The notes beneath the pieces are model-generated. The model did not search any database, was not told where the DNA came from, and was given only the letters and a program-made list of their open reading frames with translations. A program made the translations under genes and the position numbers. A stretch of DNA of 47,769 nucleotides, counting the filler, from Jimgerdemannia flammicorona (lineage: Eukaryota): assembly GCA_003990765.1 (NCBI GenBank). It is 2 parts of 2 records of this genome, joined end to end, with 100 filler letters (N's around TTAATTAATTAA, not from the genome) between each part and the next. Parts side by side here need not be neighbours in the genome. Positions count along the whole stretch, not along the records: positions 23,936 to 47,769 come from RBNJ01001055.1; 1 more part is not named here. One strand, written 5' to 3'. Positions 36,701 to 47,769 of the stretch are shown in pieces (positions within the stretch are counted from its first letter, which is position 1; every line of letters starts with the position of its first letter).

Positions 36701-39593
36701 ATAGGAAGGTGTCTCAGTTAGTGATAGGTGGATATGGCTGAAAGAGGCTGCTAGAATCTATTGGAGAGAAGTAGGTACAGTAGCTGGGAGACAGAGTAGG
36801 AAGAAGAGATTGTGGGTCTCTGCTAGATTGACAAGGCTATTGGGAGTCTGTTGGCTCTGGAGAGGATAGAGGATTGGAGACTACTAAGGATGAGAAAGGA
36901 GATTGTGAAGCTACAACAGATATTGTAGGAGAAGGAGGAAGTACAGATGTAGAGTATGGCAGTACAGCTATATTGACAGGGGCTAGAGGAAGGAGAGAGG
37001 CCCTCTAAGTTTCTCACAAGAGCCCTTCAAGCAAGGAGGGTTCAGCAGTGGTGGGAGGGGGTTATTGATTTGAAGAGGACATTGGTATATAGTATACAAG
37101 ACATTCTCAGATTACTGAAGGAGTAGTAGAGTGGCTTGTGGAGTGAGAAAGAGGGTGGGGCAGAAGATGATACCATTGGTATTGTCTTGGAGAATTGGCA
37201 CCCACCTCCAGTAGAAGGGCTGGGTGAACTGATGATGCTAGTACAGGAGAAGGAGATTTACCAGGTTCTTGCTATGACTGCACTGGATACAGTACCAGGT
37301 GAGGGTGACCTGCTCTGGGATTTCTAGAAGAAGATAGTGGATGTCCTCAGTGTGCTGGGTGAGCTGAGGGCTCTCTGTGACTTGGTACTACAGATCAAGA
37401 GATGGGTTGGGGAGCAGGATCTGGGGCTAGTGATACTGCTATATAAGAACAAGAGTAGGAGGGAGGACTGGAAGAACTGGAGGCCAATTATGCTACTGGA
37501 TATAAATAGAAAGTTGATAACTAAGATGGTAGTAGCAAGGTTGCAGAAGGTAGCTCAACAGATCTTGGGGGTAGAGCAGTAGAGATTTGTTGGAGGCCAA
37601 CTCATTTGAGATGGCACAGCTTGGGTCCACAGTGTTATTGAAGGAGTATATGCCTGTAGATTGGATGGGTGCCTGGTCTTCTTGGATCAGGAGAAGGCAT
37701 ATGACCATGTTTGGAGGGTCTGGCTGATGAAGGTACTGGACAGGATTGGAGTTCCTCAACAGTTCCAAGGGGCAATGGTCAGTCTACTGAAAGGTAGCAG
37801 GACTGCACTCATGTATAATGGGCATCAAGGGGTGGCATTCCCTCTGAGTAGAGGTGTGCTCCAGGGGGACCCCCTGTCCTCCATTTTGTATACACTCTCT
37901 TTGGAGTCCTTAATGAATAAGATTCAGTAGAAGATAGGAGGACTTTCAGTTTATGGCATTGAGTGGAAAGTTGGTGCCTTTGCAGATGATATAGTGGTTG
38001 GTCTGTGTTTGATCATTGATGTTGAGAAACTCAAGGAGACTGTGGAGTGGTATGAGATACACTCTGGGGCTAAACTCAACTGATACAAGTGTGAAATAAT
38101 GGTGCTGAGTAATGGACTGATGGGGGGGGATGTCATTGGAACAATTGTCCCTACTGGAGAGGCAGTGAGGTATTTGGGCATCTATCTGTCAGTGTATGGG
38201 TCTATTCTCCCAAGACTCTGGTGAGAGCAGCAGGTGGCTATCTGGGGGAGGGGCCCTGTGAAGCTAGGGAGGCCACCATCTGTCTCTGGCAGGGCATGTT
38301 TTCATCTTGAATACTTACTGGCTACCAAAGCTATAGTATCTGGCATATCATCTGGACTTCCCAGCCTGGGTGGTAAAGAGACTGCTGAACCTGGCCAAGG
38401 GGTGGATCTGGGCAGAGAGGAGGAGTCAGATTAGCTAAGAAATTCTGTCCTTATTGGTGACTAGAGGGGGTCTTGGGCTGGTTGACTTCCCAAAGAGATT
38501 ATACTGCCTGAGAGTATGGTGGCTGAAGAGAGCTGTTGAGTTGGGGAGCAGCAGCTGGGTTCCTCTATTGGAGAAGATCTGGGAGATGAGGTCCTTATCA
38601 AGAGGCTCTACAGGAGATCTTCTGTCTTTGGTTGAGCTTCAAAACAAAGGGCATATACCATTTAAGGACTTCTGATAGTGAGTCACTGATGGGACACACT
38701 GCATTGGTATTCATTAGCAGAGAGATGAGGGAGAAAGGCCTTGAGGCCTAGCAATGTTGAGATGGGACCAAGTATTGCTAGAGAGCATTCCACTAAGAGA
38801 CTTTAATATTAGTGATGGGGTTGAGTGTCAGTGGGAGTTGGGGCAGGATCTGTGGTCCAGCAGATGGTAGTTAGTGGATATTGGTGAAGAGTAGAACTAG
38901 AATAGGATCTGGAACTAGAGTACTGAGGTTTGATAGTAACTATCACCAAAGTATTGAGTGGTCTGGTAGTGCATACTGAGGAGGAATGTCATGCTCAACT
39001 TCCCCTCTGGTCACTTGGTGGAAGGGGGATTCTTTGACTGTAAGGAGTGCTATAATGTTGGGCAGGAAGGGGGTTTAGTACAGATGTCTGAACATTGGCT
39101 AGGGGAGTATGAGATGCTCAGTATCTTCTGGATAGCAGTTGGAGAGAGGTTGGATGTCATCTGGAGGGGGGATGGTGTGAGGGGTTGGTGGGAGGATTTG
39201 TGAGACAGATTGGTAGGAGGGGTTGGGAGGGAGTGGCTTACTTTGGAGTGGGCACTGGCTGTATAGATAGGGTTGGCAGGTCACTGACTATATATGTTTG
39301 AGGATGAGAGATGTTTGGACTTAGAGGTATAACTGGGATAATGGGAAAGGCTGATAGAGGATACTCTGATGGGTTGGTGGCTTGGGTGGGGATTGCAGGG
39401 GGGTCAGTGGTATTGTTTGGTAGAGAAGATATGTAGACAGAGTGGGGGAAGAGTTGGGGTTGTAGATAACAAGATGATTTTCAAGCATGAAAGAGTGGGT
39501 GAGAGAGAGAATTCCCCTATAAGGATTGGGTAGTGAGAGAAGGTTATGTAAATTTATATATAGACTAGTAATAAATGGCTAAGTTCAAGTATC

Positions 39594-39672
<79 letters not shown>
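33720..39672 (+). mobile_element. Full-length L1/Tx1-like LINE (ORF1, APE endonuclease, RT), inactivated by stops
   Basis: 17-bp TSD AAACAAGTACAGCTATA (33703-33719, 39670-39686), AATAAA at 39570 and poly(A) at 39597-39672. Motifs include LNVN, GDFN, NWRPIMLL, LDQEKAYDHV, GVLQGDPLS and AFADD. Confidence 0.95.
33947..34006 (+). repeat. Tandem duplication GAAGCACTGGAGGTCAGGGGACAGAGAG in the LINE 5' region
   Basis: Two adjacent near-identical copies read directly. Confidence 0.85.
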
Positions 39673-39673
<1 letters not shown>

Positions 39674-40637
39674 AAGTACAGCTATACTATCAGAATTGAA
39701 TTTTTACTCAAGAAGGAACTCAAGAAGATACTTTATAATTTTAAGGATGTCTTTATTATAGATTTCAAAGATATTAAAGAAAAGACACTATACTACTACT
39801 ATAATATAGATATAGGAGATGCTGAACTAATCTATTAGAAGATAAGACCCATCTTACTAGATTACTATAAATGACTTAGAGAAGAAATTAAACAAATGAA
39901 AAAAGTCAGTATTATTAAAGAAGCCAGTAGTTCTTAGGCTTTACCAGTTGTACTAGCTCTGAAGAAAGAAAGCAAACCTGGAGAATTTGTCTCAAGACTC
40001 TGTACTGATTATAGAAAGCTCAACCTAGTTATTGAAAAGGATTACTATTTACTACTCCTCATCAATAACATCCTTATAATTCTGGGAGATAAAGTATAGT
40101 ATTATAGTATCTAAATTTATATTCAGAATTCTACCAAATTAGTCTTATTGAAATAGTAAGCAAAAAGTCAGCCTTCATTACTCCAGATAGAATCTATATA
40201 TATCTACTTATAAATACTATTTAGAATATATAAGCTTCTAGTGAATGATGAACAAAATCTTCTACAATAATATAGAAAGATAGATAATAGTTTATATAGA
40301 TGATATTACTATATACATATCTATAGTAAGATAGTATAGAATCACCTATAGTATATCTAATAGATAATAGAGAAATTGAGAAACTATAGCTTATATATTA
40401 AGTCTAAGAAGTATAAGTTTACAGAAATTAAGATTTTCTATCTTGGTTATATCATCAATCAGAATGGAATATATACAGACTCTCTCAAAATTTAAGCAGT
40501 AGTAGTATATCTAAGACCTATCATTATTATAGAAGCTCAAGCCTTCTCATACTATTATAGATTTATTAGAGGATTCTCTAACATTATAAGTTCAATCTAC
40601 AAATTCAATAAAAAGAATATTAAGTTCCAGTAGACAG

Positions 40638-42197
40638 TATTATGTAGTAGCTACAAAGTTCTTCAAATATATCAGATTTTCTTCAAGGTATATCTCTTAG
40701 ACTAACTATAAGTTTGTTATAAGTAAGTTTTAATTGAAGTATCTTCCCAAGATCTTATAGTCCTCAAACTTCTTATCTTTAAACTATCTTGTTATCTCTT
40801 AGATTGTTTGTATAGAATTAAGTATAGGTAAACTGGAACTGACTTTATTTCAAAGGAAATAAGAGAGGTATTTATATAAAATATAATTCAATGATTGCTA
40901 AGTTATAAAGCTAAATATAAATTCCAATAATTAAATAAAATACTGGAATATAGAAAACTATGGTTGTAAGTACAAATTCAAGTATCTGTACAAATGGTTG
41001 TATAAGTTCAGAATGTCAGTAGATTTTAGTAGTATAGGAAAAGAGTGCCTAAATATTCAGATATTATAAAAAAAGAATGCTGATAGAATTCAGTTATATA
41101 GAAAAAGGATATCAGAAGATTTTGGTATTACTAAGAACTTAGAGCAGAATGTTCAGAACCATGGGGGCTTCATCTTTATTACTATCAGAGGTCAGGATAT
41201 CTTTGAAGAAAATGAGGTCTATGAATATTTTGTCCATCTCACATATTTTGCATATATTGCATAGGATGATATCATCACCAGTGACATCATCATGTTCAAT
41301 AGCAGCAGGAGCTCTTCAATCTATGAAATTCTCTTCTACAAAATGAGGAACAAATATAGGGTCTTGGAGAGGTCTAATCTAGATGCTGGGGTCTTGAAAT
41401 ACTGAGATCAATTCTTATATAAATTGATCTGGATTGTCCTGGAGAATGGGATACCAGAACTCTTCTACTTCATCACTATTGAGAGTGATGATAGACTGGG
41501 CTTCTGTGGCCACTATGGCCTTCAGTACATTGGTATAGTGGGCTGACAGTTCCTTGAAGTCTGAGATTCTAGTATACTCCAAGTTGGAGATTGACTATAG
41601 TATATATGTATCTGAAGACTTAATGAATCTTCTTGACTGTCCTTATTCCACATGTATCCATGAGAGTAGTATCTTAAATCTCTTGAAGACTAGCCTGAGA
41701 GAATTCCTAACAGAGGAGGTTTCCTATTTTATACTTCTGCCACATTCAAAGATATTCAGTAGTAATGGTGATTCTTGTTTCCATTTCATAACAGTAGAGA
41801 ATATAATGATAAGGGTCACCAGTACTCAGGTTGAGACTAGGAGTCCTTCTTATATACATAGGTCCTTATGGCTCTTCTGATATCTTGGAATATTCTTTCC
41901 TGAACTGAGAGGCCTTGGTGGTTCCTGGACCTTGAGGTTTGGTGAGTAGCAGATATTTATTTATGATAAGTCTTTTGAACTATTTTTGTGAGCCTTGTTT
42001 GGATTGCTGCTACTATAATTTCTTGATTCTTCTTTTATATTTCTCAAGATATCTGTCTTGTGGTCATGATGACTCATGGTTGATCATCATTACTCATCTT
42101 GTAATCTGGGTGAGTCATGCTGTATGCTCTAATCTAATGGCTTATAAGGAAAGGCTGTCTCCTGTGATGATATCATTATTCTGAGATCACTATTATA
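40638..42197. mobile_element. 1.56-kb solo-LTR-like insertion in the old gypsy RT/RNase H junction
   Basis: Flanked by ACAG duplication (40634-40637, 42198-42201). Ends TATTA...TTATA look like mutated TG...CA. The host pol reads through when the insert is removed (FQ*T | ..QKIFNEL..KLIQAPIL). Confidence 0.65.
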
Positions 42198-42580
42198 ACA
42201 GATAGATAACAGAAAATATTCAATGAGCTCAATATCAAGCTAATCCAAGCACCTATTCTCAGAATACCAGATAGGTCTCAGGAATTCATCTTATAGACAG
42301 ATGTAAGTATACAAAGACTAAAAGTAGTTCTGGTTCAAAAAGAAGACAAAGTAGTATATATTATTATATATCTCAGCTAAGGAGTCCAAGAAGCCAAAAA
42401 AGTATATGAATTATATAAGTTAAAATATCTTACAGTTATCTGAACTATAGAAAAGTTCCACTACTATCTCACTAAAAGACATTTTACTATCCAGACAGAT
42501 CATTCAGGTCTTACTTAACTATTAACTACTAGATAACTCAAGAATATATGCCAGATAGATTATAAAGTTATAAGTCTATA

Positions 42581-42758
42581 TATATTTATATAGTCACTCA
42601 GACTTCTACTTTTATTACAAATTATCATCCAATCTAAGTTCTATTAATACAAAGATAATAATATACCATTTACCCAATTCTATATAGACTCCTCACCCTC
42701 CCTTCCTTTCTTCCTCACCTAAGAGTCACCAATCTCCCAGTAACCCCAACCCTCTCTT
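42581..42758 (-). mobile_element. 5'-truncated LINE 3'-end fragment (178 bp)
   Basis: 16-bp TSD AAGTTATAAGTCTATA (42565-42580, 42759-42774). The minus strand is G-rich with AATAAA and a TA-rich tail, resembling the LINE 3' end at ~39440-39590. Confidence 0.75.
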
Positions 42759-45281
42759 AAGTTATAAGTCTATAATATAATTATTGTATACTACTCTAGA
42801 AGAACTAATATCAATATAGATACTCTTTTATAGATATCTCAAAAGACTTTCAACTAGTAAACCAACTATAAATAAAGAAGCTCTATTATAGAATTATTAT
42901 CTATCTAGAACAGTGAAGATACCCCAATATCTGAAAGATTAGATATAAATAATTATCAACAGAATATAGAAATAATTTGAAACTGATAGAGAAATATTAA
43001 AAAAAGAAAAGCTATTAGTCATATCTGACTATAGGTATAAGTAATGAAATCAGTATATAAACTTAGCCATTTAGGAGAAATAAATATATACTATAAAGCA
43101 AGAAGAACAATATGATAGTTGAGAATAGAGAAAGATATTAGACAATTTGTCAAGACTTATAACAAATATTAGAAACAGAAATAAGATCAATGAAATCAGA
43201 CTCTAGGAATAGAATACATAGAACTAGTATCCTTTACACATATTGAAATAGATATAATTGGTCCTCTATCCTTAACTTCGACTAATAACTGATATATCAT
43301 TATCATTATAGACCTTTTTATAAAATAGATAAAAGCAGGATCTCTCAAGAAAGCTAATACATAGTTAATTACTGATTTCTTCTATAAAGAAATCATCTGC
43401 TAATTCAATACTATAATATAAGTAACTACAGATAGAGGAACAGAATTCATGAATTAATTCTTTGAGGTTTTCTACAAGAAGTACAAGATCTAGTACATTC
43501 AAACTATAACCTATCACTCTTAGGAAAATAGATAAGTAGAAAGGACTAACAAGACCTTCAAGAATATTATCACCAAGATCTATAATAATTATGAAAACTG
43601 AGATCACTATCTGTTAATAATATTATCTGCTCTTCAGAATATCTAATCACAAAATATCTATTTTATCTTCTGAGAAATACTGTTCAGAGAAGAAAGTTTT
43701 TTAGAAACTCTATTATCTAATAGAGATACTATATGAAAACATATAGATATAGAGATACAGAGACTATACAAAATTAGAAAGAAGACTAAGGATTATATAA
43801 CCAAGATACAGGCTCTATAATAGAATAATATAAATAAGATTTATAAGACTTTGAAGATTATTAAGATAGGAGAGAAAGTTCTAGTATATCAGAATATAGT
43901 AGAAGCTTTATGGTTACAAAAACTAGAGCCTAAGTAAGAGGGACCTTATTAGGTATAGGATATAAAAGAGACTATCTTTGATTACAAAAACTCTTAAGCT
44001 AATTATCCTCATCACTATCTATTAAAACTTACTCAAGAAGTATTATGATCAACTAATAAAGTAATGCCACAGCTCTTAAGATCACCAGTGCTACACAGTG
44101 AGCCATAGAATGATAGTGGTATTCTATCAAGTTACCAACTATAAAAGAATCCTTTAATAATATTCAGAGTATAGTATAGTCATACTTGTCATGAATTTCA
44201 TATTTCAAAATCTATTAGAACTAGACTGAGTTCTAAGAATACTTCAAGTTGGAACAGCTACTAAACTCAAAGTCAGAAATGAAAAAAGAAGATTGAATTA
44301 GAGAGTTTCAGCTCCTCTATACTCAAATCACTATTGCTAAGAGAGTATATAAGTTATTCAAAGAGGATGAGCCAGTCTTAGCTTATTTTCAAGAAGTAGC
44401 TTCAGAAGACTTCAGATATATTAGAAGACAATATTGAGAGACAAATTATATAGTATAAGAAGATTCAACTGATTAAGACTTCAGAGTTTGAGTGAATAGG
44501 ATATTTCAGAGATAAATTACTTATTTAGAAAAAAGTTATAATGATTGATTCAAATTAGTAACATAAATCAGAGGAATAGATATTTGATCATGGTACCTAA
44601 ATCTAATTCCAAATAAATATAGTCTTACAAATAGCAGTTATTCTATAAATATAAACTTTAACTTTAATAATTACTAAAGATTCTACAAATATTGAAATTC
44701 TTATAATTATCAAAATCTTAGCAAATGTTAAAAGATTTAACACTTGTGAAAAGTGACTTATAAATATAGTCATAACTTAGCCACCCTATAGCTAGCAAAC
44801 TTGTATAAATATCCTTAGTATCTAGAGTGAATAAATCTCAGTTCAAAAATAGTTCAAAGCAAAGAGAAAGCAAGAAGATTAGTAAGCCTGCAGGCAGATA
44901 CACTTCAAACTCATACCCCTGCACCCTGAGGACTCTGTGAAAGTCAGAACAAGATCAAGTTTCCAAGATACCGAAATCTGCCATATTCCCAAGGTTAGAC
45001 ATCCGCTACGTTACAATACTAATTAATACTGCTCACAAATATAGTGTTACCACCTCTCCGGGTGTTGTCGTCTTATGCATGGAGTCAAAGTTGTATAAAC
45101 AAACCACGAGAGATTCCAAACCCTTCATATTTCATATTGGACCCAAACGTATCTATCCTGGATCACAATCAAGAACTATACGAACAACGTTGGCGTATCA
45201 CCAAGTCATGAGATCATGTGAGAATTAGTGGCTGTTAATTTGTCTTCAGAAACGTTTTACGCAACCCTCTCCATTAAGAAC

Positions 45282-47270
45282 ATGTCGTCCGAGTCTCAAG
45301 TGAGCATATTCAGTTGGCCGAGAAAGGAGAACTTTTTACTAGTCTCCAGCGTTTCTGCTCTTCCCCTTCTAATCTCCCATGTGAAAATTCACTGCCCCCA
45401 TAGGCATCCCAAACTTACGCGCAAACGCTCCCCTTCCCCACCATGATGGTGATCCCTGACAATCTTCGAATGAAGAAAGTCGAAGAATGGGACCGCGCTG
45501 ACGTGCTAGAATTTCTCAATGCCAACAAGGCCCAATATGCCATTTCCGACCGCCACATCCAAGTCATTGGTGACAAAGTCGCCGGCGCAAACTTTCTGGA
45601 CCTGACCAGAAAAATACTTACTCGGGAATCAGGCGGGTTTGAATTGCCCTATGCACCAGCAACGAGGATAGCAACCCTAGTCGAGACGTTGGAGAGAGCC
45701 AGAGGGTTCGGGCTCGTTGGAGGACCAGGTAAAAAACTTCATTTGGCGAACGGTCCGCATACTGTTGCTTGGGAGATGAAGTTGGTCGTAAGTCCTGCTA
45801 GGTTAACTGCATTCACACGGGAAAGGAATCGTATTAGCAGCATGGCTCGCCATAGCCTGGCGACTGTGAAGAGAACCTGTGAATCACCATGAAGGCTCTC
45901 GCTTACGTATTATGTTTCTGTCGATTTTATCCTGCATATTTTGTTAACAGGGTCTGGGCAGCCGGACACTGAACAGAACATCATCTTGTCTACTGGCGAT
46001 AAGAAGAAACGCAACTTGAAAGCATCATTTTTCAGGCGTATCCAAAATATATTCAAAGCAGAGAAAGGTTGGAGCTGTTTTCATTGTTGATGATGTTTTT
46101 TCAGATTTCTATTTTATCCTGATGTTCAAACCAACCACAGCTGGGAAATCGTCCAACCCTCCCGAGACCCTCGAATCCCTTCATGTTTACGAGAAGCAGC
46201 CTGGTCAAGCGCAGAAATTCTTAGGTATAGTTCACGTACCCTGAATAGCATAGAGGTGACATTTGTGGGCAGTGCTCTGATATGTATTAGTTTCATTCCT
46301 CCAGATTGTATGGGCAAAAACTTCAGGTGGCCCTCTTCAATGCCTGAGCGTTTCAGGTCTCATGCCTTCCAGAGTATCGTTTATGCCGATGATGATGAAG
46401 AGAGTGTCGAATACATCGACAATGTGGCGGCCTTCAACCTGCTCAGCTTTTATGATAAACTTGATAAAGGCGAGTTTGTCGGACATGAGAACGAATGGGT
46501 GGTGATATATAATCAAGCAGTCGAAAGATTTGGGCCAGAGTTAACGAGAGATGAGGAAGCAGATATTCTCGAAGCAATGCCTGGTGCAATTCAACTTCCA
46601 GTTGATCAATCACATCTTCCACGTTCTAAACCAGCCAAGATGGTGGATTCCAAGCGTACTGCTGATGGAAGTGATCACAAGGTCTGATATTTGTTTAGTG
46701 CAATTGTTAAACCATTGCTGCAATTTCTCATTGTAACTTGGAAACTTTATCAATAAAGTGTTAAATCATTGCTGCAATTTCTTATTGTAACTTGGAACTT
46801 TATCAATAAAGGTTCAAGTGCGAGTGAGAAGAATTGGAGCCTCTAATGAAAGTATTGCAACTATTTCGTACAATTTCGTCGATAATATAAGTGGCAAGCC
46901 CTATACGTGCGTGGTCGATACAGGTGCACCAGCAACGGTTTTGCCATATCACATCCGTTTTCAACTTGGGAAACTCGGTTGGAGTACTGTCCCTCGCTAT
47001 GCTACAGGTTATGGAGAACCAGCACAACAGATTTGCGCATGTCGGCCATTTGAGGTATCTATTGGCGATGATAACTGTTGGACCAAATGGGTGCAAATAC
47101 AAGGCCTCCTTGTCTGGGAACTGAACCCTGGCGATCAGGTCAAGTATGCTCTTATAGGGAATGATGTAACAGATCAACTTGCCTATGCACATGAACCACA
47201 AGGAGTAATCAGATTTTTGGATGCTAGCGATGAACTTAACTTTAGTAGATTTTTAAGTGGATGTAGTTAA
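45282..47270 (+). CDS. Six-exon gene encoding SAM-like domain + small DUF5678-like module + clan AA aspartic protease; exons 45282-45299, 45404-45728, 45951-46067, 46141-46224, 46305-46681, 46812-47270
   Basis: GT-AG introns join an open frame. VEEWDRADVLEFL...VAGANFLDLT...LPYAPATRIATLV is SAM-like. CVVDTGA and ALIGNDV are retropepsin motifs. CpG content is normal. Confidence 0.75.
46705..46811 (+). repeat. 54-bp tandem duplication at the 3' end of intron 5
   Basis: TGTTAAAYCATTGCTGCAATTTCTYATTGTAACTTGGAA(A)CTTTATCAATAAAG occurs twice (46705-46758, 46759-46811). Confidence 0.92.
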
Positions 47271-47769
47271 CTACGACTGTAAGAGCGTTTTCCGATGTAA
47301 AAGCGTTTTCCTAATCGAATCTTAATTCTGCAGTTCGAGTGTGAGAACAGGTTGCTTGGGTGGTAAACGCACCATTATTATTCTCGGTGTAATTTGCTTG
47401 ATTTCCACCCTTGTTTATGATAGCATTCCAGTTCATGGTGCCCAGCTGCAATTTTACACTACAAGTGCACTCCAGCCGGGTAACAGCTTGAAAATCACGC
47501 AAAAAATTATTTATGACGTTTCGAGCAGTCACATTTTGTTGAGGGTGGGTCACTAGCTCGGACTTCAAATTTATATATATACATATTAGATACAAAATTA
47601 ACTTTTATATTTTTTTTTAAAAAAAAAAATAGTTTTTATAAATAAAAAATTTATAGATAAATTAATATTTTCCAGATAATTTGGATTTGTTTGAGGGATG
47701 GGACACAGGTGGTGATTTTGTTTAGAGAGATGAAATCTAACATACTAATTTCTAATTATAGATACTCCA

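Larger units (their letters stand above)
31563..45015 (+). mobile_element. Older, heavily mutated Ty3/gypsy element hosting three nested inserts
   Basis: Eroded gag/zinc knuckle (~32515), protease IINT (~33143), RT DYRKLN (~40008) and YIDD (~40293). RNase H FIL*TD (~42285), integrase IDIIGPL (~43247), TDRGTEF (~43428) and GPY (~43941) follow. The LTR-like end is related to the 30162 LTR and terminates in TTACA at 45015. Confidence 0.85.

Noticed and set aside
47311..47595. Short overlapping ORFs downstream of the protease gene
   Set aside because: No recognisable motifs and no clear start or splice support.

Overview
Eukaryotic genomic DNA from a fungus. An early-diverging, Mucoromycota-like lineage is inferred from gene families, short introns and transposon types. 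The left end is a CpG-rich gene block: an intron-rich APC-family amino-acid/GABA permease (-), an intronless F-box-like/ankyrin-repeat gene (+) and prohibitin-2 (-). From about 7.7 to 45.0 kb lies a nested retrotransposon block. It contains an old L1-like LINE interrupted by a Ty1/copia element (153-bp LTRs, GATAC TSD), a head-to-head LINE 5' segment, a Penelope-like retroelement with tandem and inverted terminal repeats, and an artificial 100-bp scaffold gap. It also contains a dUTPase-encoding Ty3/gypsy element and an older gypsy element that carries a full-length L1-like LINE, a solo-LTR-like insert and a short LINE 3' fragment. All these elements show a C-to-T/G-to-A mutation signature (CpG first, then CpA/TpG) that increases with nesting age and stops at the gene boundaries. 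The right end holds a six-exon gene encoding a SAM-like domain fused to a small DUF5678-like module and a retropepsin-type aspartic protease.
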